A stretch of 63,977 bases of DNA, the filler included, from Octopus bimaculoides (Eukaryota): the NCBI RefSeq assembly GCF_001194135.2. It is 11 parts of 10 records of this genome, joined end to end, with 100 filler letters (N's around TTAATTAATTAA, not from the genome) between each part and the next. Parts side by side here need not be neighbours in the genome. Positions count along the whole stretch, not along the records: positions 20,927 to 25,621 come from NC_068991.1; positions 25,722 to 27,889 come from NW_026387818.1; positions 27,990 to 35,998 come from NC_069000.1; positions 36,099 to 47,270 come from NC_069001.1; 7 more parts are not named here. One strand, written 5' to 3'. Below, one piece after another: positions 24,786 to 36,133 of the stretch. A program made the translations under genes and the position numbers. The notes under the pieces are model-generated. The model saw nothing but the letters and a program-made list of their open reading frames with translations. It did not search any database and had not been told where the DNA came from. Every line of letters starts with the position of its first letter. The stretch's first letter is position 1.

Positions 24786-25010
24786 TTTAAATAAAGCATA
24801 TTACTCTAGCTCTGGTATTTGAGTACTCTTTTCTTCCTACCTTGTTTCACAAAAATGTGCTTACTCCGGTATGTGTGTGTGTGTGTGTGCGTGCGTATAA
24901 GTTCATGGGAACATGATTAATCCTGGTGTGTGTGTGTGAGTGCGTGTCAGTGTAACCAAGGGAGATAACAACAGCTATATTGGCGCTATTTCCCTTAGCG
25001 TGACACCAAA

Positions 25011-25079
25011 TATATAAATAGCCGACACCATTTACTATCAGCGGCGCTTGAAGCCTCGTTGATAAGTGCTTTGGTAAGT
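25011..25079 (+). promoter_or_regulatory. Candidate TATA/Inr core promoter with a 34-nt first exon and 5' splice site
   Basis: TATATAAA at 25011, Inr-like TCAG with A at 25040 (TATA at -29), TTG|GTAAGT donor at 25074, all in a CpG-rich non-repeat patch. Motif match only. Confidence 0.3.
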
Positions 25080-25559
25080 GATAAGCGTAACACGCCGCCT
25101 CATTTAACGCCTTCCGTAGGTGTCAGGTGACTTTGCTGCAAACATTCGCGCCAAACACCCCGGCGGCCATTGTCCCTATCTCGCTTTGCCATCGTTCTTA
25201 CGTTTTTGTTCTATAGACATTAGACAAAGCACTGGCCGCATCGATGCATTTCTTGTCCACTTCCTAACTAATAAAATATGAATATTATAGCTTAGTCTGA
25301 TGATTAAGGTCAGTGTCGATGACCTTCAGCAGGACATACGAATCTGGTAATGGAAGGGCGGGATGCGTGAAAAGAGAGATGTTATAACACCGAGGTACAG
25401 CATCAATATATTGAGTCATCTCTTCTCAGACAGGAAGCATGGTTTAAACGCTTATAACGGAGTGGACTCTGCCAAAAATACCCGAAGACTAATAAGGGGT
25501 GTGAAACAGGGCAGCAGATTAAAACAAACTGCCTCAGTTTATATTTGTGTGTGTTTGTG

Positions 25560-25621
<62 letters not shown>

Positions 25622-25721
25622 NNNNNNNNNNNNNNNNNNNNNNNNNNNNNNNNNNNNNNNNNNNNTTAATTAATTAANNNNNNNNNNNNNNNNNNNNNNN
25701 NNNNNNNNNNNNNNNNNNNNN

Positions 25722-27889
25722 TGCAGAGGGATGCCTAACGAACGGATGTACGTTCGAATTCCGCTGGAACAGTGCCTAGGGAGGCCGAAAGGATGCAGGT
25801 ACGTTCGAATTCCACTCGATCGGTGCAGAGGGAGGCCGAACGGACGCACGTACGTCCGAATTCNNNNNNNNNNNNNNNNNNNNNNNNNNNNNNNNNNNNN
25901 NNNNNNNNNNNNNNNNNNNNNNNNNNNNNNNNNNNNNNNNNNNNNNNNNNNNNNNNNNNNNNNNNNNNNNNNNNNNNNNNNNNNNNNNNNNNNNNNNNNN
26001 NNNNNNNNNNNNNNNNNNNNNNNNNNNNNNNNNNNNNNNNNNNNNNNNNNNNNNNNNNNNNNNNNNNNNNNNNNNNNNNNNNNNNNNNNNNNNNNNNNNN
26101 NNNNNNNNNNNNNNNNNNNNNNNNNNNNNNNNNNNNNNNNNNNNNNNNNNNNNNNNNNNNNNNNNNNNNNNNNNNNNNNNNNNNNNNNNNNNNNNNNNNN
26201 NNNNNNNNNNNNNNNNNNNNNNNNNNNNNNNNNNNNNNNNNNNNNNNNNNNNNNNNNNNNNNNNNNNNNNNNNNNNNNNNNNNNNNNNNNNNNNNNNNNN
26301 NNNNNNNNNNNNNNNNNNNNNNNNNNNNNNNNNNNNNNNNNNNNNNNNNNNNNNNNNNNNNNNNNNNNNNNNNNNNNNNNNNNNNNNNNNNNNNNNNNNN
26401 NNNNNNNNNNNNNNNNNNNNNNNNNNNNNNNNNNNNNNNNNNNNNNNNNNNNNNNNNNNNNNNNNNNNNNNNNNNNNNNNNNNNNNNNNNNNNNNNNNNN
26501 NNNNNNNNNNNNNNNNNNNNNNNNNNNNNNNNNNNNNNNNNNNNNNNNNNNNNNNNNNNNNNNNNNNNNNNNNNNNNNNNNNNNNNNNNNNNNNNNNNNN
26601 NNNNNNNNNNNNNNNNNNNNNNNNNNNNNNNNNNNNNNNNNNNNNNNNNNNNNNNNNNNNNNNNNNNNNNNNNNNNNNNNNNNNNNNNNNNNNNNNNNNN
26701 CGTACGTTCGAATTCAAGTCGGTCGGTGGAGAGGAAGGCCGAACGGACGCACGTACGTTCGAATTACTCTCGAACGGTGCCTAGGGAGGCCGAACGGACG
26801 CATGTACGTTCGAATTCCACTCGATCGGTGCAGAGGGAGGCCGAACGGACGCACGTACGTCCGAATTCCGCTCGATCAGTGCAGTGGGAGTACGAACGGA
26901 CGCATGTACATTCGAATTCTCCTCGAACGGTCCAGAGGGATGCCGAACGGATGCACGTACATTCCAATTTCGCTAGAATGGTGCCGGATGAGGCCGANNN
27001 NNNNNNNCGGATGAGGCCGAACGGACGCACGTACGTTCGAATTCCTCTCGAACCGTGCAGAGGGAGGCCGGACGCAAATACTTTCGAATTCCGCTCGAAT
27101 AGTGCAGAGGGAGGCCGAAACGGAAGCACATACGTTCGAATTCCACTCGATCGGTGCAAAGGGAGGCAGAACGGACGCACGTACGTCCGAATTTCGCTCG
27201 AACGGTGCAGAGGGATGCCTAACGAACGGATGTACGTTCGAATTCCGCTCGAACGGTGACTAGAGAGGCCGAACGGACGCAGGTACGTTCGAATTCCACT
27301 CAATCGTTGCAGAGGGAGGCCGAACGGACGCACGGACGCACGTACGTCCGAATTTCGCTCGAACGGTGCAGAGGGAGGCCGAACGGAATCACGAACGTTC
27401 GTATTTCGGTTGAACGGTGCAGAGGGAGGCCGAACGGACGCACGTACGTTCGAATACCGCTCAAACGGTGCAGACAGTGGCCGAACGGTCGCACGTAAGT
27501 TCGAATTCAAGTCGATCGGTGCAGAGGGAGACTTAACGGAATCACAAACGTTCGTATTTCGGTTAAACGGTGCAGAGGAAGGCCGAACGGACGCACGTAC
27601 GTTCGAATACCGCTCGAACGGTGCAGAGAGAGGTCGAACAAACGCACGTACGTTCGAATTTAAGTCGATCGGTGCAGAGGGAGGCCGAACGGATGCACGT
27701 ACGTTCGAATTCCTCTCGAACGGTGCAGAGGGATGCCTAGCGAACGGATGTACGTTCGAATTCCGCTCGAACGGTGCCTAGGGAGGCCGAACGGACGCAC
27801 GTACGTTCCAATTCCTTTCGAATGGTGCAGAGGGATACCTAACGAACGGATGTACGTTCGAATTCCGCTGGAACAGTGACTAGGGAGGC
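25722..27889. repeat. 51-bp GC/CpG-rich minisatellite array filling an entire scaffold
   Basis: Consensus CGGTGCAGAGGGAGGCCGAACGGACGCACGTACGTTCGAATTCCGCTCGAA. About 26 units are visible outside gaps, with scattered substitutions and no unique spacers. Confidence 0.97.
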
Positions 27890-27989
27890 NNNNNNNNNNN
27901 NNNNNNNNNNNNNNNNNNNNNNNNNNNNNNNNNTTAATTAATTAANNNNNNNNNNNNNNNNNNNNNNNNNNNNNNNNNNNNNNNNNNNN

Positions 27990-28065
<76 letters not shown>

Positions 28066-28089
28066 GATATACATATTTATATGGATATA

Positions 28090-28245
28090 CATATGACAGA
28101 CTTCTTTCAGTTTCCATTTACCAAATCCACACACAGGGCCCAAGGCTATAGTAGAAGACAGTTAGTTAGCCAAGGTGGCACGTTGTGGGACTGAACCCAG
28201 AACCATGTGGTTGGGAAGCAAGCTCCTTACTACACAGTCACTCCT
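28090..28245 (-). mobile_element. SINE family A left arm, CpG-decayed
   Basis: TATGACAGACTTCTTTCAGTTTCCAT..GGACTGAACCCAGAACCATGTGGTTGGGAAGC. Confidence 0.8.
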
Positions 28246-28429
28246 AATTCTTGTTGCCTAACTTAAACAGATGCTTGCAGCTAACTCCTTCCCAGACAGA
28301 AAAACTAAATTTTTATAATTTCTCTATTTCTGTTATTAGCTAGAAGCATTTCATTCAAATACATTCTTATCGTCAGTCACACTTCAATATTGAAGCCCTT
28401 CAAAATGGCGCCATGACATACAACAACAA

Positions 28430-28460
<31 letters not shown>

Positions 28461-29003
28461 AATAACAATAATAATATTAATAATAATAATAATAATAATA
28501 TCATCTCACAAAGATTTCAATCTTTGTATTATGCCACTTGAAAAATTTTGTTTTAATTTTTTTTTGTCAATCTTAATGCATTTAATAANNNNNNNNNNNN
28601 NNNNNNNNNNNNNNNNNNNNNNNNNNNNNNNNNNNNNNNNNNNNNNNNNNNNNNNNNNNNNNNNNNNNNNNNNNNNNNNNNNNNNNNNNNNNNNNNNNNN
28701 NNNNNNNNNNNNNNNNNNNNNNNNNNNNNNNNNNNNNNNNNNNNNNNNNNNNNNNNNNNNNNNNNNNNNNNNNNNNNNNNNNNNNNNNNNNNNNNNNNNN
28801 NNNNNNNNNNNNNNNNNNNNNNNNNNNNNNNNNNNNNNNNNNNNNNNNNNNNNNNNNNNNNNNNNNNNNNNNNNNNNNNNNNNNNNNNNNNNNNNNNNNN
28901 NNNNNNNNNNNNNNNNNNNNNNNNNNNNNNNNNNNNNNNNNNNNNNNNNNNNNNNNNNNNNNNNNNNNNNNNNNNNNNNNNNNNNNNNNNNNNNNNNNNN
29001 NNN

Positions 29004-29053
<50 letters not shown>

Positions 29054-30931
29054 TTGTCTAATTTAATTTAATTTTATTTTTGTGTTTACCATTGTTAGTA
29101 AATGCAAGTTGGAACTGCCGAGCACAAGACTTCAAGACTCTTTCGCTGACTCAGCTCTGTGTTAATTTTCTTTTTTGTTTTTGCCTGACCAGCCCCTTAG
29201 GAATGTCTCTCTACTACTGTTACTACTACTACTACAACTACTACCACTACTGCTGCTACTGCTACTTGATGTTGCATGTAAATATGATTCTCTGTGTACG
29301 TGTATGTATGTATATATGTCTGTATATATGTATGTATATATGTATGTATATATATATGTATATATGTATGTATATATATATGTGTGTATATATATGTATA
29401 TATATGTATATATATGTATATATGTTAGAAAAAATAATATGTATATATGTTAGAAAAAATAATATGTATATATGTATGTATGTATGTATATGCACTTAAC
29501 GTCATCATTATATATCATCGTCATTACATACACACTAGAAATTGTATTCACATCCAGTAGTAAGATTGTGTATGTGATACATTAATATGGTATGTGTGTG
29601 TGTGTGTGTCTATTCACATGCGTGTACACNNNNNNNNNNNNNNNNNNNNNNNNNNNNNNNNNNNNNNNNNNNNNNNNNNNNNNNNNNNNNNNNNNNNNNN
29701 NNNNNNNNNNNNNNNNNNNNNNNNNNNNNNNNNNNNNNNNNNNNNNNNNNNNNNNNNNNNNNNNNNNNNNNNNNNNNNNNNNNNNNNNNNNNNNNNNNNN
29801 NNNNNNNNNNNNNNNNNNNNNNNNNNNNNNNNNNNNNNNNNNNNNNNNNNNNNNNNNNNNNNNNNNNNNNNNNNNNNNNNNNNNNNNNNNNNNNNNNNNN
29901 NNNNNNNNNNNNNNNNNNNNNNNNNNNNNNNNNNNNNNNNNNNNNNNNNNNNNNNNNNNNNNNNNNNNNNNNNNNNNNNNNNNNNNNNNNNNNNNNNNNN
30001 NNNNNNNNNNNNNNNNNNNNNNNNNNNNNNNNNNNNNNNNNNNNNNNNNNNNNNNNNNNNNNNNNNNNNNNNNNNNNNNNNNNNNNNNNNNNNNNNNNNN
30101 NNNNNNNNNNNNNNNNNNNNNNNNNNNNNNNNNNNNNNNNNNNNNNNNNNNNNNNNNNNNNNNNNNNNNNNNNNNNNNNNNNNNNNNNNNNNNNNNNNNN
30201 NNNNNNNNNNNNNNNNNNNNNNNNNNNNNNNNNNNNNNNNNNNNNNNNNNNNNNNNNNNNNNNNNNNNNNNNNNNNNNNNNNNNNNNNNNNNNNNNNNNN
30301 NNNNNNNNNNNNNNNNNNNNNNNNNNNNNNNNNNNNNNNNNNNNNTATATATATGTATATATATACATACATATACACACACACACATACACCAATGTAT
30401 GCACATACACACACACACATATATGTATAGGTAGATATATATGTGTGTGTGTATATATATATATATATATACACACACATACATGTATATGTACATAGAC
30501 ACATACATTTACATATATGTAGTTAGGTCATTTGACTTGGTGCTCGCATGTAAATAAGCTGTGCTAGTCACAAGTTTTGTTAGAATTCCAATAAGTATCA
30601 TTGTTGCCACTCCTGTTGTTGGCGCTTCTGTTAGGAACGGTTGTAGATTGAGATGAGTGAATCCTGGCATAATTGTTGAATAGAGATGGAACTAGTTGGT
30701 TCAGTCCTCGTCTGCAAGCTACTGCAAAAAATGCCCGTCTTGGCAGAGTAGTTTTAATGTGGGACTAAATACATCTGGGTCCGTGTCTAAGTGCTTCTAT
30801 GCTCATATCCTATGCTGTACTGGTACAGGGGTAAATAGCAATAACATTGATTTCTTACATTGCTGATGCATGTGTGAGGAATTGAGGAATGGAGAACATT
30901 ACAAAGATGACCAACAAAAAACAACAGCAAC

Positions 30932-30968
<37 letters not shown>

Positions 30969-31161
30969 GATAATGAACCGAATAATACAAAAAAAAGAAC
31001 ATATGGTGATTACAAGAAAGGAAACCGTTGAGGATAACAGCATCTGTTTAATTAGAAAAACATCGTAGACTGGCATATGTAAACATTAGCACGGTATATA
31101 TATATATATATATATATATATCATCATCATCATCATCATTTTTTAATATCCGGCTATGTAT

Positions 31162-31192
<31 letters not shown>

Positions 31193-31223
31193 CTTTATTT
31201 AAAAGCAGCAGAAATATAACAAA

Positions 31224-31269
31224 AAAACCGTTACTCTGAGTTTCACGTTCCCGTTCATCGGACAGTTTT
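31224..31269 (-). ncRNA. Type I hammerhead-like ribozyme, U4C core variant, all helices closed
   Basis: Minus strand AAAACUGU-CCGAUGA-ACG-GGAA-CGU-GAAACU-CAG-AGUA^-ACGGUUUU: 8-bp helix I, 3-bp helix II with GNRA loop, 3-bp helix III, GUA triplet. Confidence 0.7.
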
Positions 31270-31281
31270 GTTAGAAACTGT

Positions 31282-31309
31282 ACTGTCCGATGAACGGGAA
31301 CGTGAAACT
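31282..31309 (+). ncRNA. Inverted second copy of the same hammerhead, truncated by the N gap
   Basis: Exact 28-nt reverse complement of 31239-31266. Confidence 0.55.
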
Positions 31310-31794
31310 NNNNNNNNNNNNNNNNNNNNNNNNNNNNNNNNNNNNNNNNNNNNNNNNNNNNNNNNNNNNNNNNNNNNNNNNNNNNNNNNNNNNNNNNNNN
31401 NNNNNNNNNNNNNNNNNNNNNNNNNNNNNNNNNNNNNNNNNNNNNNNNNNNNNNNNNNNNNNNNNNNNNNNNNNNNNNNNNNNNNNNNNNNNNNNNNNNN
31501 NNNNNNNNNNNNNNNNNNNNNNNNNNNNNNNNNNNNNNNNNNNNNNNNNNNNNNNNNNNNNNNNNNNNNNNNNNNNNNNNNNNNNNNNNNNNNNNNNNNN
31601 NNNNNNNNNNNNNNNNNNNNNNNNNNNNNNNNNNNNNNNNNNNNNNNNNNNNNNNNNNNNNNNNNNNNNNNNNNNNNNNNNNNNNNNNNNNNNNNNNNNN
31701 NNNNNNNNNNNNNNNNNNNNNNNNNNNNNNNNNNNNNNNNNNNNNNTATATATAAAATTATATATATATATAGATATATTTACATCACCTGGCA

Positions 31795-32197
31795 CAGGAG
31801 TGGCTGTGTGGTAAGTAGCTTGCTTACCAACTACATGGTTCTGGGTTCAGTCCCACTGCATGGCACCTTGGGCAAGTGTCTTCTACTATAGCCTCAGGCT
31901 GACCAAAGCCTTGTGAGTGGATTTGGTAGACAGAAACTGAAAGAAGCCCATCGTATATATATATATATATATGTATACATATATATGTATGTGTTGTGTA
32001 TCTGTGTTTGTCCCCCCAAAAACATCGCTTGACAACCGATGCTGGTGTGTTTAGGTCTCCATAACTTAGTGGTTTGGCAAAAGGGACTGATAGAATAAGT
32101 ACTTGGCTTACAAAGAATAAGTCCTGGGGTTGATTTGCTTGACTAAAGGCGGTGCTCCAGCATGGCAGCAGTCAAATGACTGAAACAAGTAAAAGAA
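31795..32197 (+). mobile_element. Full-length SINE family A with internal (TA)/(TG) microsatellite
   Basis: GGAGTGGCTGTGTGGTAAGTAGC head to TGACTGAAACAAGTAAAAGA end; CpGs mostly lost. Confidence 0.92.
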
Positions 32198-32267
32198 TAT
32201 GTATGTACTTCTATGTATATCTCTGTCTTTTTCTCTCTCTCACTTTCTCTCTCTCCCTCTCCCTATA

Positions 32268-32480
32268 TATTCTTTTATTTGTTTCAATCATTTGACTGTT
32301 GCCATGCTGGAGCACACTGCCTTTTAATCGAACAAATCAAACCCAGGACTTCTCCTTCATAAGCTTGGTACTTATTCTGTCGTTCTCTTTTGCCAAACTG
32401 CTAAGTTACGGAGGACATAAACACACCAACATCAGTGGTCAAGCAATGATGGGGGGGGGGAACAAACACAGGCACACACA
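32268..32480 (-). mobile_element. SINE family A right arm, tail-to-tail with the previous copy
   Basis: TTTGACTGTTGCCATGCTGGAGCAC..GCTAAGTTACGGAGGACATAAACACACC. Confidence 0.85.
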
Positions 32481-33139
32481 CACACANNNNNNNNNNNNNN
32501 NNNNNNNNNNNNNNNNNNNNNNNNNNNNNNNNNNNNNNNNNNNNNNNNNNNNNNNNNNNNNNNNNNNNNNNNNNNNNNNNNNNNNNNNNNNNNNNNNNNN
32601 NNNNNNNNNNNNNNNNNNNNNNNNNNNNNNNNNNNNNNNNNNNNNNNNNNNNNNNNNNNNNNNNNNNNNNNNNNNNNNNNNNNNNNNNNNNNNNNNNNNN
32701 NNNNNNNNNNNNNNNNNNNNNNNNNNNNNNNNNNNNNNNNNNNNNNNNNNNNNNNNNNNNNNNNNNNNNNNNNNNNNNNNNNNNNNNNNNNNNNNNNNNN
32801 NNNNNNNNNNNNNNNNNNNNNNNNNNNNNNNNNNNNNNNNNNNNNNNNNNNNNNNNNNNNNNNNNNNNNNNNNNNNNNNNNNNNNNNNNNNNNNNNNNNN
32901 NNNNNNNNNNNNNNNNNNNNNNNNNNNNNNNNNNNNNNNNNNNNNNNNNNNNNNNNNNNNNNNNNNNNNNNNNNNNNNNNNNNNNNNNNNNNNNNNNNNN
33001 NNNNNNNNNNNNNNNNNNNNNNNNNNNNNNNNNNNNNNNNNNNNNNNNNNNNNNNNNNNNNNNNNNNNNNNNNNNNNNNNNNNNATATATACACAGAGCA
33101 CCAATGATTTAAGATGATGATGATGATAGGGATACAAAT

Positions 33140-33500
33140 CTATTGAAATGAAACAAAAGCAGTATACATCATTTACATTTGACGGATATTTGTCCTCGTC
33201 TTGTTTGTTGTTAACACAACGTTTCGGCTGATATACCCTCCAGCCTTCATCAGGTGTCTTAGGGATTCATGTTTTTTCCAACGGTTGTAATGGATCCTCT
33301 CACGGACAAGGGCATGTCCTGCCCTTTCCGCTACTCTTCTAGCTTTATATGAATCCACTGGTGTCATTATATTCAAGCCAAGTGGTATTAGCTTTGAGTC
33401 TCTACATCTACACAGGAAAGTTAGAGGGTTTGAAAGACGAGCTACTTTTTGATGGAGTTTCTCTATATGAAGTTTTGATGGAGTTTCTCTGGGCTAAAAA
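33140..33500 (-). mobile_element. Penelope-like (Poseidon-type) fragment: ORF N-terminal region joined to the hammerhead-bearing terminal segment
   Basis: Minus frame EKLHQKVARLSNPLTFLCRCRDSKLIPLGLNIMTPVDSYKARRVAERAGHALVRERI resembles the N-terminal region of Poseidon-type ORFs as recalled; HHR follows immediately. Confidence 0.7.
33213..33258 (-). ncRNA. Minimal type I hammerhead ribozyme with intact core
   Basis: GACAC-CUGAUGA-A-GGCUG-(10 nt)-CAGCC-GAAACGUU^GUGUU; palindromic AACGUU helix III typical of dimer-acting PLE hammerheads. Confidence 0.8.
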
Positions 33501-33600
33501 AGGCAAGGACGCACCGATAATATTGAGACCCCTCAGAATGAGTTGGTACCACCTTTAAAAAATATCTAGTTATACCAGTGATTATACTGTGATGATTGAT

Positions 33601-33995
33601 TTCATATCTTGGTACAAGGCCAGCAGTTTCGAGGGGAAGGTGGGGTAGGTCAATTACATTGACCCTAGTGTTCAACTGGTACTTATTTTATCAACCCTGA
33701 AAGCATGAAAGGGAAAGCCGACCTCAGCAGAATTTGAACTCAGAACAAAAAGCCAGATGAAATACCACGGAGCACTTTACCCAGAGTACTAACAATTCTG
33801 CCAACTCACCGTCTTAATTTTACCATAATTACCGATTTCAAATTCTGGCACAGGTCCAGCAATTTTGAGGATCGACCCCCAGTGCTCAACTGGTAGTTAT
33901 TTTACCGACCCTGGAAGGATGAACGGTAAAGTCAACCTCGGTGGTATTTGAACTCAAAACATGAAGATAGACAAAATGATTCCACCAGCTCATTG
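33601..33995 (-). mobile_element. Two tandem SINE family D copies, CpG-decayed
   Basis: ACTGGTACTTATTTTATCAACCCTGAAAG..AAAGCCGACC..ATTTGAACTCAGAAC present twice. Confidence 0.8.
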
Positions 33996-34439
33996 CCTTG
34001 ATTTTACCATAATTATTTTAATTAACTGTTAACTCCGTTCCTCATAAACTCACATCTTGTGTCAACAAAGTAGATAAACGATTTATGGTTTATTCACATA
34101 ATGAAAGCAGTGGTGTGACAGAACAAGCGGAATGCTAAAACTCAATGGTGTTCCATTAAATTCTTTAGTTCTGATCTTTGGGGAGTGGCCCCAAGGAAAT
34201 GATTTCAATCCTCAGAGGGTTAGCTGTGTTGGCTTTATTGTTTCCTTTTCCTTTGAGTTTCTTGGCCCTGTGTGTGTTGTTAATGTGCAGAACCTAAAAT
34301 GTTAAAATAAATAAATAAACATGAAATGGAATGAAATACAGGAACTGAAGAAAATTACATGAAAAAAACATTGGATTATTTTTACATTAAATATCATGTT
34401 TTTAAGTGTGTTTTTATTCACACACATGCACACACATAC

Positions 34440-34600
34440 AATGAGTTACTTTCAGCTTCCGTCTACCAAATCCATTCACAAGGCTTTGGTCGGCCCTATG
34501 TTATAGTAGAAGACACTTGCCCAAGGTGCCATGCAGTGGGACTGAACCTGGATCTATGTGGTTGGGAAGCAAACTTCTTACCACACAGCGATGCCTGTGC
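34440..34600 (-). mobile_element. SINE family A left arm
   Basis: CTTCCGTCTACCAAATCC..GAAGACACTTGCCCAAGGTGCC..CTTACCACACAGC. Confidence 0.85.
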
Positions 34601-34676
34601 CTACATACACGCACACACATGAGTGCACACAAATGTATTCACACTAATCATATATATCGCTCCCACATGCAGACAC

Positions 34677-34745
34677 ACACATGTATTATCACTCACATGT
34701 ATTATCACTCACATGTATTATCACTCACATGTATTATCACTCACA
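34677..34745. repeat. 16-bp tandem repeat (CACATGTATTATCACT) x4
   Basis: Four exact units. Confidence 0.92.
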
Positions 34746-35762
34746 TGCATACAGTTTTCTTTTCACCTTTTTCTAATTTCTCATTTCCTTTCATTACAGA
34801 AGTGTTCTTGTACTCACACACATGCACGCACACACACACACATGCACATACATGCACTTAAGGTTCAATCCTCTCTACATGGCAGTCAAATTGTATCTTG
34901 AATTGGGATTAATTTTAAATCTGCCTTAATCCTATCCCTAGCCTAACATTATGGATTAACCCAATTTGTCTGCTGCACTCTGGTGCAGCTTCTCTTTTAA
35001 ACACAAGTTTCCTTTATGTAATTGTGGTTAATAAATTGCTGAAAATAAGGCACAATCCTTCCTCACTTCACACCATAATTATTTCTTTATTGCCCACGGG
35101 GGGGGGGGGGGCTAAACATAGAGGGGACAAACAGAGACATAAATAGCACTGGTGATGGTGCCATGTAAAAAGCACCCAGTACACTCTGTAATGTGGTTAG
35201 CATTAGGAAGGGCATCCGGCTGTAGAAACCAAACCGAAACAGACAATGGAACCTAGCTCCCACAAAGCCATTTAACCTATGCCAGCATGGAGAACAGACA
35301 TTAAATGTTGATGATGATTGTTTATTTTTAAAATGACACCGTAGGCTTGGTGTAAAAGGCTAGATCTGACCAGTTTGAAGAAAAAATGGACGGAATATTT
35401 TGGCCGCATATATGTCTGATTTAAATGCTTAAGGGTTAAAATATTTAAAATCCACCATGACACAGGTGTGGCCACCATGTCTGACATACTCCTTGACCAT
35501 ATAAAGACTCCTTTATTGACTGAAGATGAAACATTATCAAGATAGGTGACAATGGACTTGTGCAGTGGATCTATTCAACCCTAGCTGGCACATTTACTTC
35601 AAAAGTTAAAACAGTGATTGTGATTGCGATGGAGTTAATGAGGATAATGGTTGTATGTCTTCTCCCTTAAGTACTTCTGGGTTTTTTTTTTATATGGCCT
35701 ATCTACTATTTACTGGTGTCCTTGACTTCTATTTCTTTGCTTTGTTCATACTTCCTCGTATG

Positions 35763-35799
<37 letters not shown>

Positions 35800-35951
35800 A
35801 TGAGTGAGAATGCCAACGCACATACGCATACACACATAGCCATAACATTTCCGCAAGTTAACCAGTCTAACTGTAGTTATTCTCTCCTCTCTCTCTTCCT
35901 CACTCTCATATATTCATATATATATAAAATTAATTTACGAAGGTGTCAATT

Positions 35952-35998
<47 letters not shown>

Positions 35999-36098
35999 NN
36001 NNNNNNNNNNNNNNNNNNNNNNNNNNNNNNNNNNNNNNNNNNTTAATTAATTAANNNNNNNNNNNNNNNNNNNNNNNNNNNNNNNNNNNNNNNNNNNN

Positions 36099-36133
<35 letters not shown>

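Noticed and set aside
25722-27889. CRISPR-like array or repeat-protein gene
   Set aside because: No unique spacers and no cas genes; openness in all frames follows from base composition, and an 8-nt duplication breaks frame.
34166-34218. Possible 53-nt exon LIFGEWPQGNDFNPQR
   Set aside because: Too short to distinguish from chance without RNA data.
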